A stretch of 20,000 bases of DNA, from the NCBI GenBank assembly GCA_021432655.1, contig MU271372.1, positions 59,462 through 79,461 of the forward strand. The letters run 5' to 3'. Source of the stretch: Atractiella rhizophila. Its lineage: Eukaryota. A program made the position numbers and the translations under genes. How positions within the stretch are numbered: the stretch's first letter is position 1; the number at the start of each line of letters is the position of its first letter. This document shows positions 1 through 11,219 of this stretch, piece by piece. The notes under the pieces were generated by a model that saw nothing but the letters and a program-made list of their open reading frames with translations, was not told where the DNA came from and ran no database searches.

Positions 1-1024
1 TGATCTGTCACCAAAGCGACCTCGCAGTGGTATGTGATCTTTCCATGTGTCTGGTCATTCTCATTTTTGCCTTTGCAATAGTGCTCAGCGTCCGTCTAGA
101 TCCTCCTTCATGTCCAAAATGGATTGCACCGAATCAACTGCCGCCATGTCACATTTGGGAAACGGCCGCTTCTCTACGCGCGATATGTGCACCATTCTAA
201 CTCTTTAAAGGTACCAGATAAAGTGGTTTCAGTAACCTCTGTCGGGTCATCATCAGCGACAGAGCCTGATGAGTATTTCGAGCACATACCAGAAACTGAA
301 CCTGTGGCATTTTCACGTGAGGTTCTCGACTGCAGTGCCTCATCCAAATGAGCTAAACTGCTTACATACTTTCAGCTCGATCTCCAGAACTGACGGATGC
401 AGTGTCAAAACAAAGCCCTTCGCGTGCCTCATCTCGAATGAAGCCTCTTGGTTCAGAAAGCCAGGTCGTGGTGCTTCACCAAGATTGCCGATGGCTGCTT
501 CGTCCTTTCGATGCAAAAACAGATATCTACAATGTTCCAGAAGACGAGAGCTTCGATCCGCTCTTCATCGCAGCCGATGCTCGAGGGCCCGCGAAAAGAC
601 TCCATCCTTTCTTTCCTTGCGAGGTCAAGGTTGGGAATAAGCTGTATCCTACAATGGAGCATTACCGTCTCTGCGGAGCTGTTCCGGAGGGAGACTTGAG
701 GGAGAAGGTTCGTCTGTGTAAGACTGTAGAAGGAGCACAAACACTTGCGGCTGGGATGGAAGAGGGTTTGATGTTGCTAGATAAGAGGAAGAACTGGGAG
801 TGGGTTTTCCAAGGACTCAAGAGTCGTTTCGCAGAAGAGGACGAGCTGAAATTGCTGTTGAAGACAAGGAAGCGACATTTGATAATTATTCATAACGAGA
901 TTGACAGGAGAAGAAAGCTGGAAGGCTACGCGAAAATGCTGGAGGCTTTTAGAGATCGAGTTCGAGAGGTATGTTGCCGTCGCTCCAACGCTAATAATGA
1001 GCATAAGCAACTGTAAAGTGGTGA
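1..1024 (+). CDS. 5'-partial multi-exon gene encoding a C-terminal, divergent NADAR (YbiA-like) domain
   Basis: ORF 402-1016 has HPFFPCEVKVGNKLYPTMEHY...LREKVRLCKT...LKSRFAEEDELKLLLKT...YAKMLEAFRDRVRE. This follows the NADAR pattern (F.P..F.V.G..YPT.EHY; L.AKF.Q..EL..LLL.T; LG.LLM.VR..LR). Candidate introns: 30-81 (GTATGT..TAG), 317-375 (GTGAGG..CAG, joins the 124 and 402 frames in phase) and 969-1018 (GTATGT..AAG, then TGG TGA at 1019-1024). Exon structure between 82 and 210 is unresolved. Confidence 0.7.
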
Positions 1025-1079
1025 AATCACAACGCCGTTGTTACTCAGGGTTCGCCCAAGTACCGCATCCTAAGGTTAT

Positions 1080-2201
1080 TCATGTGTAATCATTACATCG
1101 AGCTGCCGAGGTTCCATGCAGAGTGATTCCACTCTGACAGGCCCGTAAAGGGAGCCTGAGAGAAGGAGAGGCAGGAGGAGGAGCAGAAATGGAGCGACTG
1201 GTAAATGGGGATCCTGAGGGGGAGGAGGGAACAACTTGGATTTGATGAGGAGATGATGGGGGAGTGGAATCCACTTGCAGGGTCAAAGGGGGACCACTGG
1301 ATAAAGGGTCTGGAAGGCGAGTCGATGGACTTTTGATCAATTGGAGTGGCAGTATCTGATCACCTGTTGGTACGATAAGGGAGGATTCTGAGGCGAACCC
1401 CAGACGTGCGTCCGAAGTGGAAGGAAAGTCTCCAGCCATCCTGCCTCCTTGTGTGCCAGACATACTTTCTAGCAGATGGTAAGGGAACTCGACCCTCTCC
1501 CTCATCGCGATATCTACTTCCGCCGACACACCGATGGTCATAGGCCGAAACTCTTCTCCATCGACGAGCCCATCGACGACCGGACTTGAGTTTGGAGGAA
1601 GCGGCACGAATCCCTCGCCCATCGCAGCAGAAGCGACCGCGTTCTTTCCAGATGCGTACTGGAGGTGAGGAAGGCGCTGAGAGACTAGCTCTCCACACTC
1701 CTGAGCTGAGACGGCTTTTCGTGGCCTACCGCGTTTTCGTTTGACTGCTTGAAGGGGTACCGGAATCAGCTGCTCCGACGAAGTAGTGAAGTGCGCTGGA
1801 GCGAGGAGTTGATCGTGAAGGAGTGGCAAATTCGACACATCTGGTTGATCTAGCGTAACCTGGCTAGTCGACCCAACACCTTCGTTGCCCTCGATCATGA
1901 CAGACACAAAATCGTCATCCCCATACTTTACTGGCGTTCGTGAAGTCCTGTTCGATTTCCTCACCGCTTGGACAGTTGACAACGGTAGAACTTTTCTCTC
2001 CTTCTTAGCATTCACTCCTTCTCCGCCTCCCGCTCCCAACGCCTTTCGCTTTCCCCCTCTCTTCACATCCCCTTCTCCCAAGTCGGGCTCGAGACGAAGG
2101 ACTTCATTCCTCAGCTGACTCGAGATGGAGATTTTCCTCCTCTTTTGGGCCGTCTCCGCCCCTCTCACATCCAGCTCTGTGGCCCTTCTCTTCCGACTCA
2201 T
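1080..2201 (-). CDS. Hypothetical low-complexity (basic, Pro/Ser-rich) protein with one AT-hook motif
   Basis: Open frame of >1.1 kb. First ATG at 2201 (MSRKRR...). AT-hook core KRKRGRPRK at ~1716-1742 and several NLS-like basic clusters. No globular domain recognised; the ends may be spliced. Confidence 0.5.
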   Translation of the reverse strand: MSRKRRATELDVRGAETAQKRRKISISSQLRNEVLRLEPDLGEGDVKRGGKRKALGAGGGEGVNAKKERKVLPLSTVQAVRKSNRTSRTPVKYGDDDFVSVMIEGNEGVGSTSQVTLDQPDVSNLPLLHDQLLAPAHFTTSSEQLIPVPLQAVKRKRGRPRKAVSAQECGELVSQRLPHLQYASGKNAVASAAMGEGFVPLPPNSSPVVDGLVDGEEFRPMTIGVSAEVDIAMRERVEFPYHLLESMSGTQGGRMAGDFPSTSDARLGFASESSLIVPTGDQILPLQLIKSPSTRLPDPLSSGPPLTLQVDSTPPSSPHQIQVVPSSPSGSPFTSRSISAPPPASPSLRLPLRACQSGITLHGTSAARCNDYT

Positions 2202-2568
2202 AGTGGGACTAACTTCTCGCCATCCATAATCCAAATTCACCTCCTTCCCTTTCTCCTTCCTCCGTCCTGATTGCCTAGTCGCCTTCCCGGGCTCCCTCTC
2301 CTCTCGGCAGCTGGAGGCATCAGCAGGATATGGGCCATGCCGAAGCTCTGCGGTTCGGCGGTCGAGTCGTCGGCTTCTTTGCTTTCTTTGGGTAGGCGGA
2401 GGAAAGGAGTGGTAGATCAGGTTGGGAAAGGGGAGGGGGCGTAGGAAAAGGTCGATCTACGATGGAGTGAGTGACTTATACAGGGAGTCTAAATTCTGCA
2501 TACTAGCGTTGCACCAGACGGTTCCTCGTGATCCCAGAGTTCAGGCTGCGAGGCATTGTCGTCCATCT

Positions 2569-3112
2569 ATGAATGGAGAGGTATGGGCTTTCGCTCGGCG
2601 GAATGACAGGAAACTTGCTCACTTGCTGCTCATATATATGGGGATGACGTTCTTCCTGCTAGTCCATTCAAGGTGTATTCGATAACCGAAAGAACAGGAG
2701 AAAGCATACGGAATCTTTCGATACTCCTTTATCCACGTCCATCATCTCCGCCACGTTCTGCACTCCCACAGAAGAGCCCTTGAACCTCCCAAAAGTTTCC
2801 GTTCTTTCAGCTCCCCGACTCATCCGCAAAGAGAGCAACAGACGCGCTTCGCTCTCCGTCGGGGCGTGCATCATCGTCTCCCTATTTTTGCTTCCAGTCG
2901 TACAGTTGTGGAAGGTGCGATTTACGTTTCCACCACTTACGACGCGTTACTCTGCGGATGGAGTCGCTAACATGCCATTCTTATACCACGGAGGGGTAGT
3001 TAGGGAACCCATAACAAGGACAGGCAGCGAAGAGGACAAGGGAACAATGATTTGTATTCCGCAGGCAACAAGGTCCGACTTGAAAGTTCAAGGAACGTTT
3101 TACTCTGGTTAA
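2569..3112 (+). CDS. Possible small spliced gene with one hydrophobic segment (unknown product)
   Basis: ATG AAT GGA GAG|GTATGG at 2569-2586 splices in phase 0 to an acceptor at 2662 (TAG|TCC). The frame is then open into ORF 2780-3112, which contains VGACIIVSLFLLPVVQLW. No homology recognised. Confidence 0.2.
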
Positions 3113-4364
3113 CAAATAGATGTCCTTTTAAAACTCGTGTTGTTTGTGGTTTGGTTCCTGAGATCTTCACCTCGAAAGGGGACAAAAATACATAGACAGA
3201 AATGTAGCAGAATTGATTGTGCTGTCGACTCATCGTCGTTGAACCGCCAAACAGAGGTTGAACATGAACACCTGTGAGGACGATTAGGCTCATCATTTGT
3301 AAGGATCGCATCGCTGTGAGCGGATCTCTCTCACTGGATCCCGTCAGCGTATATTAATTGGCACTGCTTAGCAAATAGAACCCTTTCCTCCCACCGTACA
3401 TAACGCGTGAGAGGTTCTTCGATAAGCGTTTGATCACGATATTTGGGCTACCTTTCATATCCTTCCACATTTGAGATGTCAACATCTTTCGCCAACATTA
3501 CTGTAATTTGCAACATAGGCACTCACCACCACCATACCCGGCGCTTTCTCACCCTAAAAGCACCCCCTAATGTCATTGGCTTGATCACTACGAATATTTT
3601 GTCATTACTGCCTCCTCCTACTGTCAGCAATAAATATATAGTCCTTGGAGAATAATCGTTAGAGAGGTATTACTCGTGGAAAGATGACTAGAGCAGAACT
3701 AGAGTATTTGCCAACAATGGTACAAGGCTGGGATGGGAAAGAGAAGAGAGACGCAGCGCCTGACACAATGCAAAGAGGATCCGCTGAAAGCACTATGTCC
3801 CTCTCCATTTTGAATGATAATAAGGAAGCAGGCAAGGAACTCAGCAAAGAAATAAATTGGCTGTTTGTTTTTTCAGTCTTCACGCATGTAACTTAGTCTC
3901 ATTTTACTCTGTCCCTGGGCTCTTCATGGAATGCACATGCTCGGAAGCTCTCGTCTCTGTTATGAAATGCCTCATCAGCTAGGATGTTTTCCTGCCCAAA
4001 CTTTCTGCCTTTGGTTCCCCGACGCATACCACAATCCATTCGCAATAAGATATACTCTACTGGTCAGTGGGGTTAGAGGAGCAATAGGGCCAACGTATTT
4101 TGTGACCTATCAGCCAACTGACCTCTTTCGCCCAGTTTCGAGGGTTTTGATCTTATCCCAGTCGTGACGGTTAAATAAGAGCGTTCTGTGGCAGATGGAG
4201 GATATTGACTGAGGTTCAATCCGTCCACTGCTCCGCCGGAACGGTTGCATCAGCACTCTTATAATGTGTTGATTCCAAGGACGCTTCCAGGTGTGATGGA
4301 TGTGCAATGATATGCGGTTCACGACAGCACATCTCATTGTCGACACATCATATGTATTTAGACG

Positions 4365-6714
4365 TCAAGTCATTCCTTCAGTGAGCCTAACTCCAGGCAT
4401 GCGCGCAAGACGCAGCTCATCTTCATCCCATTGGCGGAAAAAGAGGGCTATGTTGATATATTTGTTCCGTTCCAATAAATGTTTGGCCAACGTCGTGAAA
4501 CCAACCACTCCCACTGAGCAGTAGTGGATGGTCAAGTTGATCAAATTTCGCAGCTCTTTCTGCATAAAGAAATCTCGCGGCAAAAGGCTGCTATTCTCAT
4601 GTCCCCCATCGATCGTCAGTCTTGTGATACTACCGAAATGTGACATGTCGAGCTGTCGGTCGAATCGGAATTGTTTGTAGGGAAGCCCTTTGAACCATTT
4701 CAATGGTTTAAATGTAAGGTCGAGCTGGTTCATTGGCGTCCTTTGTTGATGAATATGAAAATTGAATGGGAAACAACTGTGCAGTTTTACCGTTTCCAGA
4801 AGGGAACTATTGAATTTTTGACCCAATCGAGGCGTGATCGCAAAATTATATAGCTCTAACGTCCGAAGATTGATAAAAACCTTAGGTTCACACTCTGCTT
4901 CATAAACAGCATCTAGAACTTCGCAACCTTCTCCCCCAGAGTATGAAATTTCGAGGTGGTAGAGTCTCCTCCAAGACTGAGTCTTCGCAAGAAAAATGTG
5001 GACTCGCAATTGTGGCCACTGCTTCAGCGTCAAGCGCTCGATTGTCCCAAACTCTGCCAAGTGATCCAAGAGGGAATCATCATTAGGAGACCGAGAATAC
5101 TCAAGGTTGACAGTTCATATTTTGGGTTGGACCTCTCGAACTTCGCGAAAGAGTCGCTGAAGGCTAACGCCTCGATCTTGGTCAAACTTGAAATCTAACC
5201 GATGCCACAGACGCCTTCGGCCTTCATGCTCCCTCTTGTGTTTTAACTTTTCAAAGGCACTGAATGGTTCGGGATCGAAATTTCGAACTCTGGCATTCCA
5301 TAGCCTGCATACTTTTGCGCAACATTTGCAGTCTGCTGCATGGCTTTCTTTCGCAACCTCCATTAAAATCATGTCCAAAATTTCCAGTGGCACAGAAGTG
5401 ATGGGCGAGTGGTCTGGAATCGTCGAGAATTGGAATATCCATACACGGAAAGATTCGCCTTCCTCCAGAATCTCAAGCGGCGGTGTAGCATCGCCAGTGG
5501 TGGCGGGAGCTGAGACAGGATCTGTCGAGAGACGAAACTTCCATGCTGGGATAGAATTGAGCGAGAACTCTCCTAGGAATGAACCAGCATCAATGAACAT
5601 GGCCTTGGGCCCTTGGTCCAGATCGCATTCAATTGTCATGACCTTTGGATACTGATTTGGGTCTTGGTTTGCTGCATAATTCTCGGTGCTGATCACGACG
5701 GAAGGGGAGTCGAAAAGTGATTTGCCGTTATTCGACGAGTAAACCTGAACGTTCGGCGTGTCGTTTGAAAAGCAATGCAGAAAACCCTGCACATCAGTTG
5801 CGAAGTGACCGGAAAGGCACCAATGTAAAAGATGAAACTTCATCCTTTCGAGCGAAGTGCAGGCTACAAATGAAGGTGTCCAGCTCAAGCAGATATAATT
5901 TGACTCTTCTTCAAGGGAAGCTGGACGAGCGGGAGAAGGAAAGACGTGAAGAATTGGAAGGCATTCTGGCGAAAACAATCTGTTCCCATTTGAATCCTTC
6001 ATGCTCTCGACTCGAATCTGCACCGAAACTCAAGTTCAATTTCGAAAGAGCATTGGACCTTGATTCTTACGTTTCCCACCAACACACCTCACCGATTGAT
6101 TTCTGTGAGTGCTTCATGGCCGTCATGAACCAATAAACTAATCACTGGTTCATGGTTTTCCATGGGTTCGGACGCCAAGGGTGTTCCAGTTCCAACTTGA
6201 TTGTTGATTACCTGGATGACCATTGCGATCTGGAGGCAGCTAGAGCTGTAGTTGAACATGGGACGTTGAAACGCCGAGCACTGAACATTGCGTTGACAAC
6301 TCAGGCTTGGACACTCTATCATTTTCATCAACCTGTCGACACGACTGTACAATTCGCCCATATACCATCCGCTCTTGGTGGTTTCAACCTGAGGAAATCG
6401 AAAAAGCCCCAGGCCGGAGACCATTTTCCTTCATTAGGTTTTGAAGACATGTATAAGCTGCCCGCTGAGGATACTATTATTTGAATGAGCAGCCGGAGCG
6501 ACAAGAACATGTCAAACTGTCGTTGCTTCTTTGCAAAAGCCTGCAAATACTTAAATGCGCTCAGGAATCGTCTTCCGAGTTGGAGGATATCTGGCAATCT
6601 AGCAACACACTGTTCCCGGCCATTCTTGAGCAAGTTATGCAGAATCAGAACTGGAACGGAATCAGACCTGCAACTTGAAGACGACGGGCTGTTTGGCTTG
6701 GGAGGGCAATTCAT
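4365..6714 (-). pseudogene. F-box + LRR/RNI-like protein gene interrupted by two in-frame TGA codons
   Basis: F-box-like motif ITSVPLEILDMILMEV...CAKVCRLWN (~5295-5402). LRR-like strands follow (IERLTL, LYHLEISY, NLRTLELYNF, LETVKLHSC, ITRLTID, LRNLINLTIHYC). ORFs 5115-6023 and 4365-5069 share a frame and are separated only by TGA 5115-5117 (PKI*TVNLEY). Intron 6018-6070 (GTAAGA..CAG) joins the 6089-6424 frame across a second TGA at 6089-6091. The 5' end (ATG 6714?) is uncertain. Confidence 0.55.
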
Positions 6715-6956
6715 AGGAGTCGACAAAGACACAGTCGCTCGGGGTTATCGCAAAGGCAGAGTTAGGTTTTGTTTCAAACGTGTGAGATTGTCGACCAGCC
6801 AACCAAAGTACATGTATATCACATTTTGGAGAGGGGAATGTTGAACGAAAGAATGTCACGAGCAGATATTGGGTATCAATGAATGACTGAAAGGAATTCA
6901 ACGAACGGAACTGGGAATGAGGTGATAAAATAAGTAAAACGAGTGTCCACGGCTGC

Positions 6957-9826
6957 CTATAGCTCAATCCTATCCCTATTAGTTTCTTCTTCTGTATGCT
7001 CCCGCAAGAGATCCTCGACGGCTTGAACTTGCTCCTTTCCAACTTCCTCTGCTGCGGCGGTTGACATGCTGTTCTCCTCCTGCTCCACCTCTTGCTCTTC
7101 TTCGACAGATGTGGGATCTTCCTTGGACAATTCCTCGGCGTCTGGTGAGGTAATGGAATCTTCTACTGCATCCTCCACAGAAATTTGGGTCTTTCCATCT
7201 TCAACAGCAACATCGACATCAACTGGAAGCTCAACCGGGGTAGTACCATCTAGTTCAGGATCAGCGGGAGTGGATCCGTCTATTTCGGTATCAGCCAGCG
7301 TCGCTGTCTCAGCAGGCGTAGTGTCTTCTTCATCCTTATTGCTAGAGGGAGGGACCATTTCCTCTCCGCTGTCGCCGTTGATGATCGGCTCGTGCTGCTC
7401 TTCCTCCTCAGGCACTACTTCCGTTCCAAGCTCCGATGCAATTTCTTCCATCGCTTCACGCTCTGTCTCGATAGGTTCCTCAGGAATGGCGCCAGCTGGA
7501 GAGTTGTTCCCGCTGGAGTTGCCATTTATACTGTCATCGGGGGCATCGGGACTTGGTGACTCCACGTCATCATCAGCATCAACAGATCCAGAGGTCGAGG
7601 GCTTTTCTGACAACTCTTCAGGTTCAACGGCAGTAGTTGGGCCAGATTCGTTGGATTCAGGGACAAGATCATTTGTGGCGATGGGATCTGGAGAGTCGAC
7701 GACGCTGGAAACCCCATGCGCACTTTCAGACGCAACTTGAGACGCGCTAACCGCTTCCTCGTCGATGGGAGATGCTAAAGGTTCCTCTTCGACTGCGGCC
7801 AGATTGCTTGCCTTCTTCTCTCGCTCGATCTTCTCTTGTCCTTTCTTAAGAGTCCGCTTAATGAGGTCCTTAAATTGGTCTAGCAGCGAATCGGCATCTT
7901 CCGCAAATCCTTCGAGGTTTTGGTATATTTGTAATTTTCGAAGTTCCTTCACTTTGATGCTTCCGGTGCGGATTGCCTCCATATCAATTGAAGCGGCCGC
8001 GCATCTCTTCCCGAGGGCATGATAACCTGTTCTTCCATGAATAATTGTCCAAGGAAAAAGAGAGTGGTAACACACGCGTCCAATCATGTCGAGTAACGCC
8101 TACTGTGTACGACCATGGAATTCCCATCGCAGTCTGTCAAGATCCATCAATTCGTTGTTGAATAGAGGAAAGGACAACAAACCTCATATGCGTTAGCATG
8201 GGCAGTCAGTGACTTTTGGAGGGTGACAATCATCATCTTCTCTCTCCTCTCCATCGTCACATTAAACTGTCCGAGCTCCTTTTTGAAGCTCTCCACCGCA
8301 TCAATGATCTTCTTCACCGCTGACTTTCCCACATTCTCAAAATCTGTCATCATCTCCTTCACTTCTTCATCAGTCTTCTCCGAAGCGCTTAACTTCTTCC
8401 CAAAATACTTCTGCAACTTCCCCAGCAGAGCGTCAGCCTGAATGTCCAAGTCCGCCAATGACTTCTCGAACTTCTGGTTGCTCTCCTCGACTTTCTCCGT
8501 TCGAAGGGTGACGAGCTGGTTGATGAATTTCTCCTTGGTCTCAGCAATCCGTCGGTCGGTCTCTTCGTCCCACTCCTTTTGCTTAGCTTCCATATCCGCA
8601 CGCTGAGGTCGAATCTTCTTCACGATTGATGGTTTGGCAGTTTCAGAAGACGCTGTTGAGGTAGTGACCTGGCCGACGCTTCGAAGTTCGGCGATGAAAT
8701 CTGGTATAACCATCAAGGACTGTGCTGTCGGCCTTGACGAAACTTACTGACCCTCTAAATCATCCTCGTCTTCTTCATCATCGATAGATGCCGCTGCAGT
8801 CGCATCAGTTACCTCCGCCAAAGTTGAGCTGGACGCTTGAGAAGCAGTCGTCGTCGGTTCCTGCGTTTTCGAAGTTGAGGTAATCACAGATGACGAAGCT
8901 GTTTCTTCGACGGAAGCAGAACTGAGAGTGGGCTGGAGATTAGACGCTGAGGTGCTTGCGACAGGAGTGGAAGGGCTAGGTTGAACGGCGACGGGAGCTT
9001 CCTTGCGCTTGTAGACCTTCTCCACGTGAGGTTCCACCCACTTCGCATACGCCTGCTGCACAACTGGGGTCACCTTCGCATTGATCCATGGAACGATAAT
9101 GTCGGTCACGATCCTCCACGCCTCCTTGGAAGCTGGTAGCAGATAGCTCTTGTACACGACACTCGAGGTCTTGTGAACGCTTTTGAAAGCGGGAATCGCG
9201 TATCGTCGATAATACGATTTTACGATCGGGGCGTATATCTGCGCTTGGACGGAGAACTCATTGACCACTCTCAATATCTGGAGATAGACAGTGTGAACGT
9301 AATCGTCCCAAGCTCTTTGTGCCAGCTGAGCGTATTCCTTCACCTGCTCAGGAACATGAGGCTCCACGGTCTCGAAGACTACAGCCTTTGTTTGACGTGC
9401 CCCGTAGACGGCCCTTCCCGGAACTGTAGCGAGGACGGGCTTGACATTGTTTTCCCAATTTGACGAAACGTAGCTAACAGAAGCGTCCCCGTACTTTTTG
9501 ATGGGACCGGTGTAGTACTTGCTAAAGGATTCGCGGAGGACTTCAGAGGCTGGCTCATAATACGGCCGGACGTGAGGGTCCAGGTGAGTACGGGCGAAAG
9601 AGAGGGTAGGTTGAATGAGATACTGGTCTCGGAGGTGGGAGAGTTGGTCGGCTTTTGCGCAAAGGTTGGAGGATGAGGCAGGAGAGGAGAACTTGCAGCT
9701 CGCGAAGTAGGTGATGAGGGTCCAGAACGCAAGAGTGGTGAGGAGGAATTTGATCCAACCGAAGAAGGAGCGCTTCCGTCGTACTGGAGCCCTTGGCTCT
9801 TTGCGGATTTGGCGCGTCGTCACCAT
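6957..9826 (-). CDS. She10/Osw7-family-like fungal membrane-anchored coiled-coil protein (~906 aa) with acidic tail and KDEL-like C-terminus
   Basis: Exons 9826-8752, 8700-8183, 8133-8076 and 8026-6957. GT-AG introns of 51, 49 and 49 nt keep the frame (2721 nt total). N-terminal basic stretch plus TM helix (FFGWIKFLLTTLAFWTLITYF), a C-x11-C pair, a Tyr/Pro/Val-rich helical region and a coiled coil. The spliced motif MGIPWSYTVGVTRHDWTRYHAL resembles the family motif LGM.WAW..GVTY.DW.KYH.L. Ends RDRIEL*. Start context CCAACCATGG. Confidence 0.8.
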
Positions 9827-10898
9827 GGTTGGGAGATGATATTGCTTCATAGGTGTGCTCGCGGAAGAAGGTAGGTTGGCCTGTAATATTGTTATTAGAC
9901 CTCCATTGAGCATCATGGGCATGATTAAAGACTGCTTCTGCACAATAACTAAATTCTTGCAACCATGTCACTTTCCGTCCTTCCAGACTCGGTCAATGTT
10001 CTACTGGAGGGTTGATTGTAGAACCATGGTATACGGGAGTCGCGTAACGTGTAGAAATGTTAACTAGTGCAGATTTATCCTTGGCAGAATCTCGCGAGTC
10101 GTGTGGATATTTATGGATAAGGAGACTGCCACGTAGGATTAGGACGCAGCCATTTCTCTGTCACAACCAGAGTCTATTTCACACGTATGCAACAATGCAA
10201 AGAACTTAACGCCATAGCCCCAAAACGCCAGGAATTGCACAAATTGTTCGAAAGGCAACGACGATCCCGAAAAAGGCTGCTCAAGAAAGGTGCTTACCTG
10301 GTTGATTTTGGCTCCACCTTTCTTTCCTTTCCTTCCTATGCTCGAAGGAGGTGTTGACTGTGGGGTTGGTGGCCAGCGATAGGACTCTTTGGATGAAGAC
10401 ATCGTTGGTGACGTTCAACGCTGGTCAGTGTGATCTTCTAGTCCTGACTGTAGTGACTACAGTTTGGTTAAGCGAACGAGGTGTGATTCTGAAGTGCTGG
10501 GAGACAGAGTTGCTTCATGAATGTGAGGACGTAGGCATGAAAACGGCTAGGGAGGAGAGCATGAACTTTGGTAGGCTTGGTTGAGAAGTGGAGACCGTGC
10601 ACGCGGTGAGTATGGGTGTGTCACTATTCTCTTCAGGTTTCCATCGAGCCGCCGTACTTCACTTTCCTCACGCCGTAGTTTGCAGCAGAGAGGACATGCA
10701 GTAGTAGAACTGGGCTCCGGCTTTCAGGTGATGCATTCATGGTTTGATCAAGTGAAAAGCTTTCAAATACCAGTTTCAAATTTCCCTCATACAACTCGAA
10801 AGGACTTATTCCCTTATAATAATATCCTTATATATAAACCACGACGGGTTTTTTAGGATGACTCACACATGTACTTTTGAGCACTTCTCTCACCACCG

Positions 10899-11156
10899 AC
10901 AACAACCCTACCAGAATCTGAGCATACCATCAGAATACGCGTGTCGGCGCCTTTCGAACCGTATACAACAAAGTCGATTTGAAAAACGAAAAAAAATTGT
11001 TTTCCTTACTACCTCAAGTGACTCTTGGTCCACAACAACCCCGTCAAATTGTGAGCATACCACCAGAATACGTGTGTCAGCGCCTTTCCAACCGTATACA
11101 ATAAAGCTTATTTAAAGGACAAAAAATAGTTGTCTTCCATGACTGAGTCAAGTGAC
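10899..11156 (+). repeat. Two diverged ~125-bp direct repeats (period ~133 bp) in the Helitron 5' region
   Basis: Copy 1 is 10899-11022 and copy 2 is 11032-11156. Both read ACAACAACCC...TGAGCATACCAYCAGAATACGYGTGTCRGCGCCTTTCSAACCGTATACAAYAAAG...TCAAGTGAC. Confidence 0.9.
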
Positions 11157-11219
11157 CGACTTCGGCACTTTGATAAAAATCTCCTTACCTACTCAAATAA
11201 GGCAACAAGGTACAGAGTT

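Noticed and set aside
3120..4360. Several 70-100-aa ORFs on both strands
   Set aside because: No motifs, and I could not build a consistent splice model; may hold a decayed gene.
5188..6136. + strand ORFs 5188-5655 and 5717-6136
   Set aside because: Antisense to the F-box gene, with no recognisable motifs.
7066..7740. 224-aa Ser-rich + strand ORF
   Set aside because: Antisense shadow of the Glu/Asp-rich last exon of the She10-like gene.
10899..11156. Direct repeats as a CRISPR array or LTR pair
   Set aside because: Only two long, diverged, nearly adjacent units with no spacers, no TG..CA ends, and a eukaryotic Helitron context.
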